Shown here piece after piece: positions 25,449-27,434 of a stretch of DNA of 27,434 bases. Location: NCBI GenBank assembly GCA_018623305.1, contig JAAZVR010000001.1, forward strand, positions 1 to 27,434, read 5' to 3'. Source of the stretch: Thiotrichales bacterium. GTDB taxonomy: Bacteria; Pseudomonadota; Gammaproteobacteria; JAAZVR01. Position 1 is the first letter of the stretch. Each line of letters starts with the position of its first letter. The notes under the pieces are model-generated. The model made no database searches. It saw only the letters and a program-made list of their open reading frames with translations, and had not been told where the DNA came from. The translations under genes and the position numbers were made by a program.

Positions 25449-27434
25449 TTAATTGATAAAAATGGGGGACACATCCCAAAAATAACGTATATTTTTACTC
25501 AATTTATTCGACTCAGAGTAGTTGCGTAGCACTCTGATATACGAGAACAATTTCGCTCGACTTTCCGCTTGCAGCAAAAGCTGGCCATAGAAACGTCCTG
25601 CCTTCCATTCCATCGGACTCGGCACAGGTCCCATTATTTCAAGCTCTGAATCGTAATAAGACGCCAGCTCTTGCGCCAAGCCCATTAACCACTGCATAAC
25701 AAGATCAGGCTGGTGCGCGCTGGCTTTAATTATAATTTGATGACTGAATGGCGGATAACCCACCATTTCACGTTCGTCTAAAATAGACTTCGCCAACGCC
25801 GAATAATCCTGTTTAAGCATCGGCTCAAAAATTGGGTGTTCAGGATAATGGGTTTGCAACCAAACCTCGCCCTGCTTTGATTCTCGACCTGCACGACCTG
25901 CGACTTGAATCACCAGTTGCGCCATAAACTCCGTGGAACGAAAATCAAAACCATACAGGCCTTGGTCCACATCCAAAATTCCGACCAACGTTACATTCGG
26001 AAAGTGATGGCCTTTTGCCAACATCTGCGTGCCAATCAAAATATCAGCGGAATGTGCTTGAGCAATTTTCTCATCCATTTCACCTTTACGAGCAGTGGTG
26101 TCTCGGTCAATTCTCAAAGCTTGCGCGTCAGGGAAATAAGCCTGCATCGCTTGCTCTAATCGCTGCGTACCAACACCCACAGGATTCAACTCTTTCTCGC
26201 CACAACTTGGACAAACAGACGGCTCCCGCTCTTCATGCCCGCAGTGATGGCATTTCAAACGATGCTGTTTTTGATGCCATGTCATATTACGATGGCAACG
26301 ATGACATTCACCTGTCCAACCGCATTCATGGCACATTAAAACCGGTGAAAATCCACGACGGTTAATAAACAACAAAACCTGCTCGCCGCGTTGAATCACC
26401 TCACCCATTCGCTCAAGCAATTTAGGCGATACCCCTTCAATCAGCTTTTTCGAGCGAATATCAATCAAGCCCATTTTTGGCAAACTTGCACCCGTTGCGC
26501 GTTGACGCAATTTCAAATGCTGATAAAGGCCTTGATGAGCGTTGTGTAAAGTTTCCAAAGAGGGTGTTGCACTGCCTAAAACCACAGGCACGTTCGATTG
26601 TGAAGCCCGCATGACCAACACATCGCGCGCGTGATAACGAAAGCCCTCTTGCTGTTTATAGGAACCATCATGCTCTTCATCAATGATGCAAAGGCCTAAA
26701 TCGGGCATTGGCGTCCAAAGTGCTGAACGCGTGCCTAAAACCACACGCGCATGGCCTTTCGAGGCGGCTGTCCAAGCGCAATGACGCTCAGAATCATTTA
26801 AACCTGAATGCAAAATCGCCATGGGCGTTTGCAAACGCGCTTTAAAACGATCAATCATTTGCGACGTCAATGAAATCTCTGGAATCAGTACCAAGACTTG
26901 TTTGCCATCCATCAAGGCCTGCTCAATTAAACGCAAATAAACTTCGGTTTTGCCACTGCCCGTCACACCATCGAGTAGGAAGGCCTTAAAGCCATGCGAA
27001 TCTTGAATCGCCTGAATCACACACTTTTGTTCTTCGGTAAGATCAGGTCGCTTGGGGTGAATCTCGCTCGACTCAGCAATACACGGCACCTCTTCAGCAA
27101 AGACTTTACCTTGCTCAACCAAGGCTTTCATCGGTGCACGCCAATCTTCGATTCGCTGGTTCACTTCGTCTTCGGTCAACGCGCCTTGGCTTAGAGTTGC
27201 AACCAAGGCCTTTTGACGATGAGCATTCGCTCGAATCTGCTCAATACCAACACCGTCCGCTAAAGCATATTTTTGAATGCCTTTCGCCCATAAAGGCGTG
27301 TTCTGGCGCAACTTAACAGGCAATGCTGTTTGCATCACCTCACCCAATGGATGCGCATAATATTTCGCCGACCAGCGGAGCAAATCCATCATCACCTGAG
27401 GCAAGGCAGGCTCATCGTCCAACACCTGAGCGGG
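25449..27434 (-). CDS. priA: Primosomal protein N' helicase (5' end outside window)
   Basis: Frame is open to the window edge. Motifs LDGVTGSGKTEVY, DEEHD.SYKQ, LGSATPSLE, four CxxC pairs, G.GTQRLE, GTQMLAKGHHFP and QVAGRAGR. Confidence 0.97.
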   Translation of the reverse strand, partial: PAQVLDDEPALPQVMMDLLRWSAKYYAHPLGEVMQTALPVKLRQNTPLWAKGIQKYALADGVGIEQIRANAHRQKALVATLSQGALTEDEVNQRIEDWRAPMKALVEQGKVFAEEVPCIAESSEIHPKRPDLTEEQKCVIQAIQDSHGFKAFLLDGVTGSGKTEVYLRLIEQALMDGKQVLVLIPEISLTSQMIDRFKARLQTPMAILHSGLNDSERHCAWTAASKGHARVVLGTRSALWTPMPDLGLCIIDEEHDGSYKQQEGFRYHARDVLVMRASQSNVPVVLGSATPSLETLHNAHQGLYQHLKLRQRATGASLPKMGLIDIRSKKLIEGVSPKLLERMGEVIQRGEQVLLFINRRGFSPVLMCHECGWTGECHRCHRNMTWHQKQHRLKCHHCGHEEREPSVCPSCGEKELNPVGVGTQRLEQAMQAYFPDAQALRIDRDTTARKGEMDEKIAQAHSADILIGTQMLAKGHHFPNVTLVGILDVDQGLYGFDFRSTEFMAQLVIQVAGRAGRESKQGEVWLQTHYPEHPIFEPMLKQDYSALAKSILDEREMVGYPPFSHQIIIKASAHQPDLVMQWLMGLAQELASYYDSELEIMGPVPSPMEWKAGRFYGQLLLQAESRAKLFSYIRVLRNYSESNKLSKNIRYFWDVSPIFIN

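Noticed and set aside
806-27316. Numerous 60-213-aa ORFs overlapping known genes (e.g. 4655-5296, 4228-4602, 2459-2776, 17166-17477, 23568-23879, 26015-26365)
   Set aside because: They are antisense or alternate-frame shadows of conserved genes, with no recognisable motifs or translation signals.
1-27434. Mobile elements, CRISPR arrays, tRNA/rRNA, defence or toxin-antitoxin systems
   Set aside because: No transposase, integrase, regularly spaced repeats or RNA gene signatures were seen, and the intergenic gaps are too small or already explained.

Overview
This is a gammaproteobacterial chromosomal window, roughly mid-40s % GC by eye. The taxon is not certain; the gene content resembles Thiotrichales/Pseudomonas-type organisms. 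It is dominated by intact housekeeping operons: purH (5' partial); purD-yqgE-yqgF-pyrB-pyrC'-(PyrK-like stub)-yggS-proC-yggT; parE; pdxH-ung-regB-like-regA-like-yfiR-like-TonB-dependent receptor; clpB; ubiK-comM; and priA (5' partial)-O-methyltransferase-argS-double-SPOR ftsN-like. No rRNA, tRNA, CRISPR array, IS or phage was recognised. The main hidden signal lies in the gaps between these intact genes, which hold several decayed motility and c-di-GMP genes that the ORF track misses or truncates. These are: (1) an MCP C-terminal stub with a frameshift and an internal deletion; (2) an Aer-type FAD-PAS gene with a nonsense codon, apparently fused by a microhomology deletion to the last 18 codons of an EAL phosphodiesterase; (3) a PilZ gene whose start appears mutated ATG>ACG and whose RxxxR motif reads CxxxR; (4) a fliL gene with a frameshift and two nonsense codons; and (5) a possible secreted-protein stub. 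Also notable are a RegB-like kinase lacking the G1 box and ATP lid, a YfiR + TonB-receptor pair with no adjacent cyclase, and a PyrK-like domain without cofactor motifs next to the pseudo-dihydroorotase PyrC'. All family assignments come from motif recognition by eye; no database searches were run.
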